A stretch of DNA of 64,000 bases from Octopus sinensis. Lineage: Eukaryota. This document shows, one piece after another, positions 37,366 to 50,435 of the stretch. Position 1 is the stretch's first letter; every line of letters begins with the position of its first letter. A program made the position numbers and the translations under genes. The DNA is taken from positions 120,032,001 through 120,096,000 of the forward strand of contig NC_042999.1 of NCBI RefSeq assembly GCF_006345805.1, in the 5' to 3' direction. The notes under the pieces are model-generated. The model was given only the letters and a program-made list of their open reading frames with translations, was not told the origin of the DNA and ran no database searches.

Positions 37366-38566
37366 TTAACAATTGAGGATAAAATCTTTAAAAGAAATTA
37401 TCAGTAGTCAGCGTGAAAAACCTCGTAAGAGAAAAAATCCGTAAATTCTTCCTCTTTGAAAATATTCATTTATATTATATTGAGGGTACTACTATTCGCA
37501 GATACCAACACGCTAAGAGGGACCAATGCGGTCAAAACTACTAAAAATAAACAAAATTTTACCGAATGCAAAACTTCAAAACACATCATTTTAAAAAAGA
37601 ATTCAGTTACATATCACATGTGATTTCGCATTTAATGCAGAATATGCATTTTTATGTTCATCAGTGCAACAAACTCAAGAAATATAAGAGAAAAACATAA
37701 CATTACAAGCTCGATAGCCAACCGTAGAATTCGTCGTAGCATGTACGAATGTTTATCTTTACATATCTATGAAAATGGCGGGCTTATTCGCAATGCATTT
37801 CGGTACAAATTGTCTAGTCGGAATAAAAATTCAGTATTGAACTATTCCGCTGAAAAATATAAATTAACAATTGAGGATAAAATCTTTAAAAGAAATTATC
37901 AGTAGTCAGCGTGAAAAACCTCGTAAGAGAAAAAATCCGTAAATTCTTCCTCTTTAAAATGATGTGTTTTGAAGTTTTGCATTCGGTAAAATTTTGTTTA
38001 TTTTTAGTAGTTTTGACCGCATTGGTCCCTCTTAGCGTGATGGTATCTACGAATAGTAGTACCCTCAATATAATATACATGAATATTTTCAAAGAGGAAG
38101 AATTTACGGATTTTTTCTCTTACGAGGTTTTTCACGCTGACTACTGATAATTTCTTTTAAAGATTTTATCCTCAATTGTTAATTTATATTTTTCAGCGGA
38201 ATAGTTCAATACTGAATTTTTATTCCGACTAGACAATTTGTACCGAAATGCATTGCGAATAAGCCCGCCATTTTCATAGATATGTAAAGATAAACATTCG
38301 TACATGCTACGACGAATTCTACGGTTGGCTATCGAGCTTGTAATGTTATGTTTTTCTCTTATATTTCTTGAGTTTGTTGCACTGATGAACATGAAATGCA
38401 TATTCTGCATTAAATGCGAAATCACATGTGATATGTAACTGAATTCTTTTTTAAAATGATGTGTTTTGAAGTTTTGCATTCGGTAAAATTTTGTTTATTT
38501 TTAGTAGTTTTGACCGCATTGGTCCCTCTTAGCGTGTTGGTATCTACGAATAGTAGTACCCTCAAC

Positions 38567-38572
<6 letters not shown>
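37364..38572. repeat. 498/497-bp unit arranged as 1.2 direct copies followed by 1.2 inverted copies, bounded by (TA)n
   Basis: AATTAACAATTGAGG recurs at 37364 and 37862, and TTTAAAATGATGTG at 37953 and 38450. 37476-37955 is near-perfectly inverted at 38091-38572. Confidence 0.95.
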
Positions 38573-38636
<64 letters not shown>

Positions 38637-39899
38637 ATGTATGTATACACTCACGTGGCGATTAAACTGGCAGCCCCACCGAGTTTGCTTGTTGAGGAGT
38701 GTGTTTGTTGGACAACCTACGGGACAAAAAACAAAACACGTCAAAGGGCGGAGGAACTAAGGAGTAGTCAACGGCCATGCAACAAAATGTATATGCATAT
38801 GTATAAATTGCATTATATATCTTATTTATATTCTTAAATGTCATATTATTCTCTTTTGAATGGGGAACATTAGCCTCCTTATCCATGGTGAGTACAACCC
38901 ATGTAGGACAAGGAAAACTATGATATAAAACCAAGTTGGTGGTCCCCTTAGTTGATGTGCCCTATCAGCAACTAATTACTCATAGGCAAGTCTGTCCTCC
39001 GCAGCTTTTGAACAACTAGATCTGGAGAAGTCCACTCCGATCTCAAATCTGCGATAAATTTATCATCTGAAACGTGGCACACTTTTCACCGGTACATGTA
39101 AATGCGTTTTGATGGAGAGAGTGTGATTTGTGCTGCGCAAGCAATGACCACTAAAACCATGTGCAGGTAGTTCAGTAAAATACTATGTTCATGGGTTAAC
39201 CATCACCTGGTAAGTGAAGCGAGAAGTTTTAATTAAACTATTTGGTTTAATTTTATATGGATGATCTCATATTCTGAGTGTTATTATCGTGCTTTTCATC
39301 TCTATGTGTCTTTCCTATGCATCTTACGTAGAGGGTTGCACACGATTCTTCCAAAAAGCTTATACAGTAAACTATAGAATACAATAATTCTTATATTCCA
39401 ATTAATAGCTAGTTTATGGTAGACATGATGCAAATATTACTGCACGTGTACTTATTCAAACTAAGTTCAACTGGTGACTGAAGTATTGCATGCACTTCTT
39501 TTCGTTACTTTGATACAAAAATTAATTCCTGTGAGATTTTTTTCTGAAATGTATTTGTTATTTCATTATTGCGCTTACATTATATCAGCACCAGTTTGTG
39601 CTAGATTTTTTTACCATATTCTCCAACGACTACATTCCTAAGTCTTTCTTATCTAATATTTGAATCATGCTTTAAGAGGTTTTTACAACGCGATACTTAT
39701 ATGTATTAATATGTCTGTGAGTCTGTGTGAACGTGTGTGTGTGTGCACATATACACATGTGTTGTCTAAACATCGCAGTTTGAGTACTGAAACAAATACA
39801 TATAGAACACATCCTTACTGAAGAAGCGAGTATTTTCCGAAACCTCGAACTGTCCAGGAAGTTTGCTGTAAATTAAAAGTACGCCTATTTTCAATGTAT

Positions 39900-42490
39900 A
39901 TGATATAGCGAGAATCATGACACCCCTTGTGAGAATGGCTAACCGCACGCGTATAAGCAGCAGCGTGCTTGACTGAGAGGGAGAGATGGAAAATCGCAGG
40001 AAGTAGAAATGTGTCGTTCGTGAGTTGGTGGAGTTGCAGGAAATTGTAGAGAAGTGTTTATAGTTCATTTGTTACAGTTGTTGGCAGAGTAATTGGGAAT
40101 ACATCTTGTAGGGACAGTTGGTGTCTACTCCGTTAGGTGGTACTATATATCACACCATATTAGTGCACGCCACTATCGTGACATATACAGAAAGCACGTT
40201 ACAAAAGTGGGAACGAGTTGATTCGAATTTTACGTTGATCATTAACATTTTTTTATGATACAAAAAATTCGTTAATTATGGAAGGTGGCATATCACAGTT
40301 GCAAAAGCAATAGCAACAGCAGAAAAAGGAGTTGTACCAACAGCTACAATATCAACAACTAAACCACAATCAGTTGCTGGATCGGGAAACACTGCAAGTT
40401 CGTTTTCACCAGGCAGCAGCAGAAAAAATATCAAAGAATTATCAACTTGCGACTGGACGTAACGAAAATTGAAGAAAAACATTATCTCAAATACAAACAT
40501 GTCAACCGGGAATAAATAGGGAAAAAGTATGTTACCACCAAATCCATGATATGGGTGTAAAGGTCTGCATTTTAAGGAATTCTGTCCATCTATAAAACTC
40601 GGAATATTTTTTAGTTGTCAAAAAATAAGACGTAAGAACTTACATTGCAGCGCGAAGCAAAAAGGTCGAAAGAAAATTCTAAAGAGGTTTGAGCAACGGA
40701 AAGTCGAGACAACACTCGAAAAAGAATGTTGTGTACGCGAACGTGAAACTACAACTAGACACACGCAACGACATTACAATTATTGATATCGACACGCGGA
40801 AGAAAATTGGGAAACCTACATTAAAAAAACAAAGAAAAGTGCGTGAGGCGTCACATGTGAAAGATTACACTTCTTAGGCGAAATGGTAAGCGACATTACA
40901 TTTCCTAATAAAACATGTAAAAGCAAAAGTGTTTGTGTTAAAAAATGCTGAACCATTGGCAGATACGGGGATAGCTTCATTACAAGGGAAAAATGCAATA
41001 AAAACATTTTGTGTAACATCATTCAGGAACTGCCAGTAACTGTTGGGGAATGACAAATTTATTGCAAAGACGAAAGACACGCTGAAAGTAAAATAAAATG
41101 AAAATATCCGTAACACAAAACGAACCATTTTCTCTCTGTGATAATGTGTTGATGTACTCATAGAGTTGTAGTGCTAGACGTACTACAAAAGCGTGTATCA
41201 AGTGAATTTCATATGGAACACCCAGGAATTTTAAGAATGAAATCAGTAATGAGGAATTACGTGTATTGGCCTACTATGGACCGTCATATTGAACAATTGA
41301 TAAAATCCTGCAGCGTTTGTGCTCTCGCAGCAAAGGCACCAGCGTTGAGATTCCAGTTGCCGCCAAAGACAAGCAGTCCATGGTCCAGGCTACATAGAGA
41401 ATTTGCTGGTCCGGTAAATCTCACGTATTATCTTATCATAGTAGACAGCTATACCAAGTGGCCGGAGATGTGTAAATGCAGTCAACAATAAGGTAACAAT
41501 AAAGTTCCTTCATGAACTTTTTGCGCGATATGGTGTCCCAGGCACCAAAGTATCGGGTAATGTAACCCGGTTTTCGGGGTACGAAGTTAAAAATTTCCTT
41601 GTGAGGTACGCAATCAATCATATCTCTACTTTACCTTAACACCTGAGATCAAAATGGACAAGCAGAAAGGTTCGTAGACACATTTAAACGAAGACTAGAA
41701 AGATCAGGAAATGAATTAAGCACCCATGTAGCACTAACTCAGTTCTTAAGGGTCTACAGGGTAACACCCAACCCGAACACCTGTTTTGGCAAGTCACCCG
41801 CAGAGCTAACGTTCGCCTGGAAAAACTCATGAAACACAACAAAGTATTTTAATGTGGAAGATAAAGCTCATTTCAAAGTATATAGGAATTGAAGATAAGT
41901 TTGGGAGGGCGGCATAGTGATGAAAGGAATAGGCAGTATGATGTGCATAATTAAAAAATGTCAAATAGGATAGCACAAATGACATTTGAATCACTTGAAA
42001 ACTAGACGTACCGAAGAAAGAAGAAATCCCGATGGAAGTTTGTTATGATTTGTTAGATGCTCCAACACCAAAAAAGGTTGAACCTAGGCGGATCAATAAC
42101 AGAAAACAAACAGAATGACTAGAAATAGTCCTTAAGCGAAAGAAGAATTAAAACTTCTGAGGAAATTAAAATCTCAAAAAAAGTGAAAGGTGATGATGAA
42201 AAAGAAAATAGAATAAAACTAAATAAACCAGTTGCACTTACTAAAGATTTCGGAGAAATCACCGAAAGTCGAAAGGTGTCGTTCGTGAGTTCGTGGAGTC
42301 GCAGGACATTGTTGAGAAGTTGTTATAGTTCGTTGAGAGTTGGTTTGGATTGGTTACAGTTGTTGGCAGAGTATTAGGGAATACATCAAGTGGAGAGAGT
42401 TTGTGTCTACCTTGTTACACAGTACTATATATCACACTGTATTAGAGCATGACGCTAAGATGACGCATGCAGAATCTACGTTATAAAAGT
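39900..42490 (+). mobile_element. Internally deleted, decayed Ty3/Gypsy LTR retrotransposon
   Basis: Diverged direct repeats at about 40011-40203 and 42276-42485, a PBS-like TGGGAACGAG after the first, a protease-like LQLDTRNDITII, and integrase H..HPGI..MK...R..VYWP.M...I...I..C..C, PWSRLH..FAGP, IVDSYTKWPE, LFARYGVP and GQAERFVDTFK. No RT/RNase H seen. Outer LTR limits are approximate. Confidence 0.8.
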
Positions 42491-44552
42491 ATACACTAAA
42501 GTAGTCAAATAATCAAAATTCATCCTTTCTGGGTTTTGCTTTTTTTGTTTTTACTTCACATAGATGTTGGTTTAATTCTAGACATATGCTAAATATTTAA
42601 ATCATACAAATTATGATGTGCTTAATGAGACCCATGTGATTTATTTACGGCGCACATCAATCACTGAACCCACTCTAGCAGTAATTTTCCCTACCTCAAT
42701 ACGAACCAATTTTTTTGTTTTTAAAAATGCAATTATATCAATATACCGTGAAATACTATTGTGATTTACATTTTTCGCAGAAAGCCGTCAATCTTGCAAA
42801 AGCACATTCACTCCTTAATCTTCCAACCTTTGTCCATCATAAACTCACCGCTCAGCACACACTTCTACCAGTAAGTTTTAACAACTTTTCCACGTATGCT
42901 CTGCCATTGCTTTCAAAATATTTTTTGATGTTCAAATATTTTTGACTTCTCTGCTTTTCACTAATGACAAATGAATATTTACCCAAAATATTTGTTTTAT
43001 GTTTCTTATTTTTATTTATTTACATTTAATATATCTAGGGGAGTCACATTTAGAATTGGTGGAGAATAGTTTAATATATGTTATGTTACAATAAAAGTAT
43101 AAATAAAATTGCACCAGACACTAATTAATATTGTTTACATTAGCGAAAGAATCAATGGAGAAGAGAGAAGAAATATTTGCTGTAGCTATTTACGGTTGTT
43201 TGGGACATAGTGAATTTGAAGTACGAGCTAACAATTGTCTATGATCGGACGGAACGAAAGTGGTCAGGAACAATAAACAATAAGCAATTTCCCTCATAGA
43301 AAATAGCTGTTAATGATAACGTTTCAGTGTGTCTATCTTCGTTTTGAAGCGGCCGTTACCACGAGAGAACTCGTAATTACATAGTTTTTCGCATCATTTG
43401 GCTTCATCAGTCAATGGAAAGCAAAATGTCACTATCTTACGAAATTTATCATGGTACTAATAGTAATAAGGAAAGAGCGTGTGCATAGTATTTCCCTATA
43501 TTTCACTGCTAATTGAATAGAGTAATCGTATGAATCATTAATTAATGTGGCGGTCAATATTAATTAGATATTTATTTTACCATCGTAGAGAATATGTTGT
43601 ATCCCAGCAAATTTAGATATACAAGCACATAAATATATAATGTTATTGCAAATCAGAGGACTATTGGACAGGACTCCAAGAATTGGAGGGACAAAGCGAT
43701 GTGATGATAAGTATACGAAAATTTTGGAAAAAAGTAGGGATATGAAATATTTAATTATGTTGACATAAGGAAAATTACACAAAATAACTAGCTCGTATTG
43801 CTAAGATCAATAGAAAACAGAAGGATGTGATAAAGAACGACGAATATGTAGAGCCTTTCTGTTATAATGATATAATGCAAAGGGGACGGTAAAGTATGCT
43901 TCTGAATGCAATCAATAGTGTAAAGTACAAAACTGGAGGTAGATTTGATCAGACACATACAGACACAAGCACATATAAACACACAGAAACACACGCACAC
44001 ACACATGCACACAAGTACACACACAAATAACGGAAACGATGTATAAGGCAGTATAACACAATTAAAGAAGTGTGTGCAAGGCGTGAGCATATATATATAT
44101 ATATATATACCGATACGAACACACACGCAAACTTACGGATGGTGCAATGGAGATTCTGGGTTCTGTAGGAGTTAGGGGGCATTCAACAGCAGATATAATC
44201 TCAAGCTGACATACCCGATGTTGATTAAGTGCCACCTTGCAATATATGAGCGAAAAAATTTAATCGCTCTAACGCGTTTATCTGAAATGAAGTAATGGCT
44301 TTCTTAGCAAATTCGTAGATAAAATACATGTCAGTGCTAAGTGCTGCATTATCACTCACTCACACGCATATTTACGCGCACGCACACACACACATTCACA
44401 CACGCACACGTACAGTACACATACGAGCACACATGCTTGCACATATGTTTATCTTTTAGTACAGTATTTGATGCGCGTGAATATTAAATTTGTTTGATTT
44501 ATGCTATACAAACATAAATATACACTACGTATATTCTTTAGGAATTTTTCGA

Positions 44553-44572
44553 TGTTGTTGTTATTATTGTTG

Positions 44573-44614
<42 letters not shown>

Positions 44615-44686
44615 TCACTGCCTGGAATCGAACTCGGAATCTTGGGGTTAGTAGCCCGCACTCTTAACCACTACGCCATATGCCCG
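44553..44686 (-). mobile_element. Minimal tRNA-derived SINE with (AAT/AAC)n tail, copy 2
   Basis: Reverse complement GGGCATATGGCGTAGTGGTTAAGAGTGCGGGCTACTAACCCCAAGATTCCGAGTTCGATTCCAGGCAGTGACCTG(AAT)n, with a clear A box and B box. The T stem is mispaired. Confidence 0.85.
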
Positions 44687-44716
44687 TGGGCAATTATGGA
44701 GTGAATTTATATTAAA

Positions 44717-45110
44717 CTAGCAGTATCGCCCGGCGTTGCTCGGGTTTGTAAGGGAAATAACTATATAAGCATTTTTAGAGATGTAAAGTATAATAGCCAT
44801 CTCAATATGGCTAACCACAAAGGGGGGTGTTACTGTAGCTTTTTACGTTCTGAGATTTAATAATACATTTTTAGAGAGTTACTTCCCTTATATATGCATA
44901 AAATTCATTGAAAACGGGAAAAATTGATGGTAATTTTTTTTTAAATCGTAGACTCATCGTAGACGCGCGCTAATACCCAGAAGGGCTCGATACGAATCAC
45001 GACTATAAGATACCCGGTTTTAGTTAAACTGCACCGCAAAATGTGGGAGTAGTTAGGAATCTAAATCGTAGGAGACAGACACCACACAACCTCACTTTTA
45101 TATATATAGA
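44717..45110 (-). mobile_element. Non-autonomous Helitron (394 bp)
   Basis: Minus strand reads A|TCTATATATATAAAAGTG...CCCGAGCAACGCCGGGCGATACTGCTAG|T. The termini closely match the large Helitron. Confidence 0.9.
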
Positions 45111-45495
45111 TTTATGAGCCCTAAATTTCACCCCATAATTCACTCCGTTGTGTGTGTGTGTGTATGTATTAGAAAATTGTATTCGCTTAGTCGTTTTCTC
45201 AGTGCGCATTGGCACTGAAACGAACACAAGCAGTGGGTGAAGCGATATGTAAGTTTACTATTAGTAGATTTGTCTGAAGAGAATCATTCATATTGGTGCT
45301 GAATTCAAAATTATATCAAGTTAAATGACATTCCTTCTTGCAATTTTGCAGAGGTAACACGCAATCCTTATTTCACTTAGTTTTCTTTTTCCAACAATGC
45401 CTGTGAATATATAATGTAAATTTTTGTGGCTTCTGAGTGTTTTGACTCCTATATTTAGCAAATCAGGTGCTTAACAAGCGCCCTTATATGCAATT

Positions 45496-45539
<44 letters not shown>

Positions 45540-45844
45540 AAGTTGGTTCTGCAGTTTCTTGCTGAACAAGCTGCACAAATGATTTGCTTATAGTAATCAA
45601 ATGTATGAGCTATACATTAGCTCACTCACTCTATCAAATCGATGTTGCACTACAATCATTTGTGGAAGTGATCACAGAGCAAGATGACATGAAGTATTGC
45701 GCAGAAAAACGCACTGCAGCAATTGAAATCAAAATCTTCTGATTGGGAGTACAACACTCCAACCACCAGGACATCCACCCTCGACATACGTACTCATGTA
45801 CGTACATATATCTTTTATATAATATATATATATATATACACACA

Positions 45845-46030
45845 CCAAGTAAGTTAGGGGTTGTGGATCCAACCCACTAAGGGATAATATTTATCCAATA
45901 TACTGTTGGTATAATACCAAATTTATTAGTACACAAGTGTTTTGAATTGCAATGCAATTAACTGACTTATTGTATTAAATGGGTGAAGGTAAATAAATAT
46001 TTTACCATTAATTTATAATACAAATAAGAA
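45845..46030. repeat. Interspersed repeat; second copy at 62090-62260
   Basis: AGTTAGGGGTTGTGGATCCAACCCACTAAGGGATAATATTTATCCAATATACTG aligns with AGTTAGAGGTTGTGAATTCGACCAACTAAAGGATAATATCTATCCAATATACTG. Confidence 0.7.
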
Positions 46031-46204
46031 AATGGAGAAACAATTTAGTTGGTTCATCAGCTCTAGGATATTAGAATGTTGACTTATTTATTTGTTTAAC
46101 ACAAACGAGAACCTTAGTAACGTACATATATACATTATAATTCAATACATATAAGATAAGAATACAGTTATAAAAATCTTAATATAAATTATTGAAATCA
46201 TTAA

Positions 46205-49135
46205 AATCACTCTTACAGCTGTATCTATTATCAGAGAAGTTCCGCTGTTGTAGTCCTTGATCACAATGTCTGGTCGATTGGAGTTAATTTTTCTGTCACT
46301 TTGTACTGGGAAGTTCCAAAGGATGGTAACGTCCTCGCTATTTCCTTCATCCTCTTGATGGTGTCTGTATAACTTAAAAGGGGATTTAATTTTGTAGTAT
46401 TTACAAGCATTCTTGTGGATGTACTGCCCTAGACTGTCATGTCTTATGAGGTACTCCTATTCAGTGAGGACTGGGCAACCAAAAACAACATGTTCAAATG
46501 TCTCTGCGAATTTTCTGCAAATTCTGCAAAAGAGGTCAGATCCATCTTTAAGGACGTTTGCATGGTACTTTCTGGTAGGCGAGCTCTGATCTTGCGCTGC
46601 ATTAACAAAACCTTCTGTTCGTCCTTTTACACCTGACTGTTGTAGCCATTGGTGTGTTCGGTTTTGATCAATACCTGGCTTGGACAGGCGGTTAGGGTAT
46701 TTTCCATGCAGGGGTTTGCCTTTCCGCTTGTCTTCGATATTATTCATGTAAGCCTTCTTTGCTTTTTGTTTGATGTTTTTTGCATCAGTGATAGGTTGGT
46801 CACTATTTGGAACCCGTTGGTCTTTCTGATTATTAATTTTTGAATAAGGAGATGCAATGGTAGATCTGTCAGTATTTGGGTGTCTTTGGCCATTCTTATT
46901 ATTAACTTGTAGGGCAAAATACTTTTTAAATTCCTTACTAAGCTTCATGACTGAAGCTTGCTTTGAATCTTCATGCTTCAGCGCAGTTCGTAAGAGCACT
47001 TCCCTTGTTGTATTAAGGTACATTTCAAGGCCTATTATTTCTGATTTGAAGGATTGTTCGAGCTGAATCAATCCTCTTTCACCTATTTTCTTTGGGAGAT
47101 AAATCCTGCCTACATCTGATTTTGGATGGCGCATTCGGTAACTTGTAAGGATTTTGCGGATCTTTCCATCCATATTCTGCATGTCAGTGAGACCCCACCT
47201 AATGGAGCTATATATGGTTACTAGTGTGGACAACGAATTCTGTTAGCAGCATTTAATCCTAAGTTTATGAGCATTCTTAACCTTCGGTAGCATTTATTTC
47301 GGATTTTCTCTTTCGCTTTAGAGTGCTGGATACCATCACCTTCATTAGTTCCAGATATTTGTATATTTCGGATCGGTCTAGTTTTCAATATAGCTGTGGT
47401 AGTATTAAGTTCTATGTTTTCTGCCTTCATGAACTTCTCTGCCTTGAAAGTAGCCTTTGCACATTTATCAAGTCCGAATTCCATACCTATACCAGATCTG
47501 AATTCTTTAACAATATTCAGCAGCTCTTCCTAATAGAGTAGATGATTCATTTCCTAATAGAGTAGATGATTCATTTTCTGGTCCAAAATCTTATACATTC
47601 TTTTAGCATTATTCAGTTGCGTGAATAATTGGAAGAGGGCGAGACAGAATAGTACTGGTGATAATGAATCGCCTTGAAAGATACCACAGGTGATATTGTT
47701 GTTTGGTGAGGTAGCATATCCTTGTATATGGTTTCAACTGAGAGTGGTTCACTAGGAATCCATAATTACTTTTAAAAAGTTCACAATTGTTGCAGCTATC
47801 TTGTAAATTTCCAGGGCCTTGATGATCCATGCATGGGGGACACTGTCAAAAGCTTTCTTGTAATCTATCCAAGCGGTGCTAAGGTTTCTGCATTTGGAAT
47901 TACAATTTTCACTGAACATTTTAGCAATTAGTAATTGGTCCTTACATCCATATGAACCCCTTTTACATTCTTTTTGCTCAACAGGGAATAACTTCCTATA
48001 GTTCACGAATTCATAAGCTCTATTCGCTATTATACATGTTAATAGTTTATATATAGTGGGGAGGCATGTTATGGGTCGGTATGTTGGGGGATTAGTAGTT
48101 TCTTCTGTTTTTGGTAAGAGATATGTAATTCCTTCTATAAACCACTTTGGAGCTTTCGCAGGGATGGACATGACGTCATTGAGTGTTACGGATATGTTGT
48201 GGTGAGTGTTCATTAAAGAGTTTAGCCAAACATTTGGAATGTTATTTATACCTGGGGATTTCCAATTTTTTGACTTGGCGAATGCCGCTTTCACTTCTTC
48301 AATTGTTATATTCTGCCATTCTTGATATTGGAGGTGGGCTTTGGCCTCTTGTATGTCCCTGACCCAATATGCATTCTGATTAAACTCCTTTGAATTACTC
48401 CAAATGATTTTTTTCTAAACATCTTCAGTTTGCTGGTAGGGAGGAAGCGTTTTCACAATAATGAGATTTTTTTCCCAGTTCCCTGTAGAATTGTTTTCAT
48501 GTTCTTCTTGACTAGTATGATTTGTTTATGAAATGCTGAGCGTTTTTTTTTTGTATCTAGCCAGTCGTTTGGCTTTTAATTGTAGTTTTTGTTTGAGGAT
48601 TTCAATCTGTGTATTCTTTGTTTTCTTGTAAAGGACATGTTTAGCAATTATTATTTTTAGTTTGTTGGATTTATTAGTTTTTCCCTTTGTTTGCTTCAAG
48701 TAGAAAAGGTATATCTGCTCTTGGATTATTCGCCGGTTTATTCTTTTCCGCTATGCAGTTTGTTTGTGTACATTGCACTTTCTTTGTCTATCTCTAATTT
48801 TTTAATACTGCATTTCTGAGTTACAGCATAAGCAGCTGAGTAAATGAGTTGATCAATCACTTTCAGGGCATTTTCTCTACTATTCTCAAGGAGTTGTCTT
48901 ATCATCTTTCCAAATGATTGATCAAGTTCTTTGATTATTTGTCTGTTCTTATTAATATTAATAATCGTGGAAAGGTTGATGCAGTTATATAAGATATTGT
49001 TCTAGTATTCCGTCTAACAGTTCATTGTTAAGGTGATCATTTATAGCGTTTTTAGTATCAACTGATGGTTCACCTTCATAGGGTTCTGTAAGAGCACTGA
49101 CCTTGGCCTTGAAAGGAACCAATTCACCTTGATCT
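46205..49135 (-). mobile_element. R4/Dong-type RLE non-LTR retrotransposon, piece A (RT, zinc knuckle, start of endonuclease), decayed
   Basis: LIYSAAYAV; RT motifs NWKSPG, YRPITCLPTIYKLLT, WIDYKKAFDSVPH, GIFQGDSLSP and GMEFGLDKCAK; GLIQLE; CRICRKFAETFEHVVFGC (CCHC); RHD; ILWNFPVQSDRKINSNRPDIV...IID (PD..D). The clade call rests on motif style. Confidence 0.85.
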
Positions 49136-49274
49136 ATTTTTAATTACTGATAGTAGAAAATAATTATATATATATATATTTCTACACACACACATATATA
49201 CATATATATATATATACACACATACTGATGTTCACCTCGTTGAATTTTTGAATTTCTGAGATTCTTTTTTGAAA

Positions 49275-49337
<63 letters not shown>

Positions 49338-50330
49338 GCCTTTGCACAACTTCTAACGCTAGAGATATTCTGCGGTGTCAGCTGTTCACTACCAGTGAAC
49401 ACCTCTTATTTTTCGAGCACCTTCCGGAGTATTCGAGCGGTTCCAAGCAGTACTGTTTTCTGCAAGTGCACCACCCTTTTTGCGCCCCCTATTTGTTCCA
49501 CGTACATCCCCAGAGTTTTGCTCACTGTTACCAGGGTTCCGACAATTATTGGCACTACTGCCACCGTTTTCATCAATCACAACTGCTTAGCTTCCCAAGC
49601 TAACCTGTCAAATCTCTCAACATTACTTTCTTTCTTATCGCATATCTTGTTATCAGCTGGGCAGCATGCTATATCTATGATCCGGCATAGTTTGTTTTCT
49701 TTCTCAATTAAAATTATGTCCGGCATCCTATTCACTATCTGGTAATCACACTCAATCATAAAATCCCATAGGATCTTTGCATTTGTATTTCGACGATACC
49801 TTCAGGTTTGTGGTCGAACCAATTTTTTTCTCTGTCAAGTCCATACCTGTTGTAGAGTCTCCAAAGAACAAGCCTTGCTATATTGTCGTGGTGTCTTTTA
49901 TATTCCTTCTAGGTTAGAGGCGCACATTGGCTGGTAATATACGATACGGTTTCACTTGTTTTCTCGACATATACTGCACTTATCACTTTCTGGTGTCTTG
50001 TCTATTCTCTATTTTATGTAGTTTGTTCTTAGTGCTTGCTGTTGGGCAGCATAGATTAGAGCCTCCGTTTTCGGTTTTAAATCACTTTTAGCCATCCATA
50101 GCCATCTTGTTTCTCTGTCTTCAACATCCCTATGAAATTGTCTATGCATTCTTTTCTTTACCCACCTATTTTCAGTTTTCAATTTTTGGTATAATGCTTT
50201 ATCTTTGCAATCTTTCATCTACACAAGCCTGACCTGCCTTCTTCTAATAATAGCAACTCTGTGGCATTTTTTACATACCATGCTATGCTATTTTCGTCTG
50301 CTCTAGTGCTGTGTTCGCCTCAAATAAGTC
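49275..50330 (-). mobile_element. R4/Dong-type piece B: 5'-truncated copy with intact 3' end and (AAT)21 tail
   Basis: KRMHRQF, EALIYAAQQQALRTNYIK, ILWDFMIECD...RMPDII...IIDIAC and VPIIVGTL...LQKTVLLGTARILRKVLEK*, then a short 3' UTR and (AAT)n at 49275-49337. Confidence 0.85.
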
Positions 50331-50367
50331 ATCCTCCGGCTCTTTTTCATGGTACATACATTCTATC

Positions 50368-50388
50368 TGTGTCATCGTCGTCGTCATC

Positions 50389-50435
<47 letters not shown>

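Noticed and set aside
37654-38479. Identical peptides on opposite strands (MFISATNSRNIREK...)
   Set aside because: This is a by-product of the inverted 498-bp repeat, and no protein family is recognisable.
38880-39000. Resemblance to an RTE-type LINE 5' UTR (GGACAAGGAAAACTATGATATAAAACC)
   Set aside because: Short similarity from recall only, with no downstream endonuclease or RT frame.
44611-44686. Functional tRNA gene (ACT anticodon loop), also 41-112 and 24631-24703
   Set aside because: The T and acceptor stems mispair and the sequences run into repeat tails or bodies, so they are treated as SINE heads or pseudogenes.
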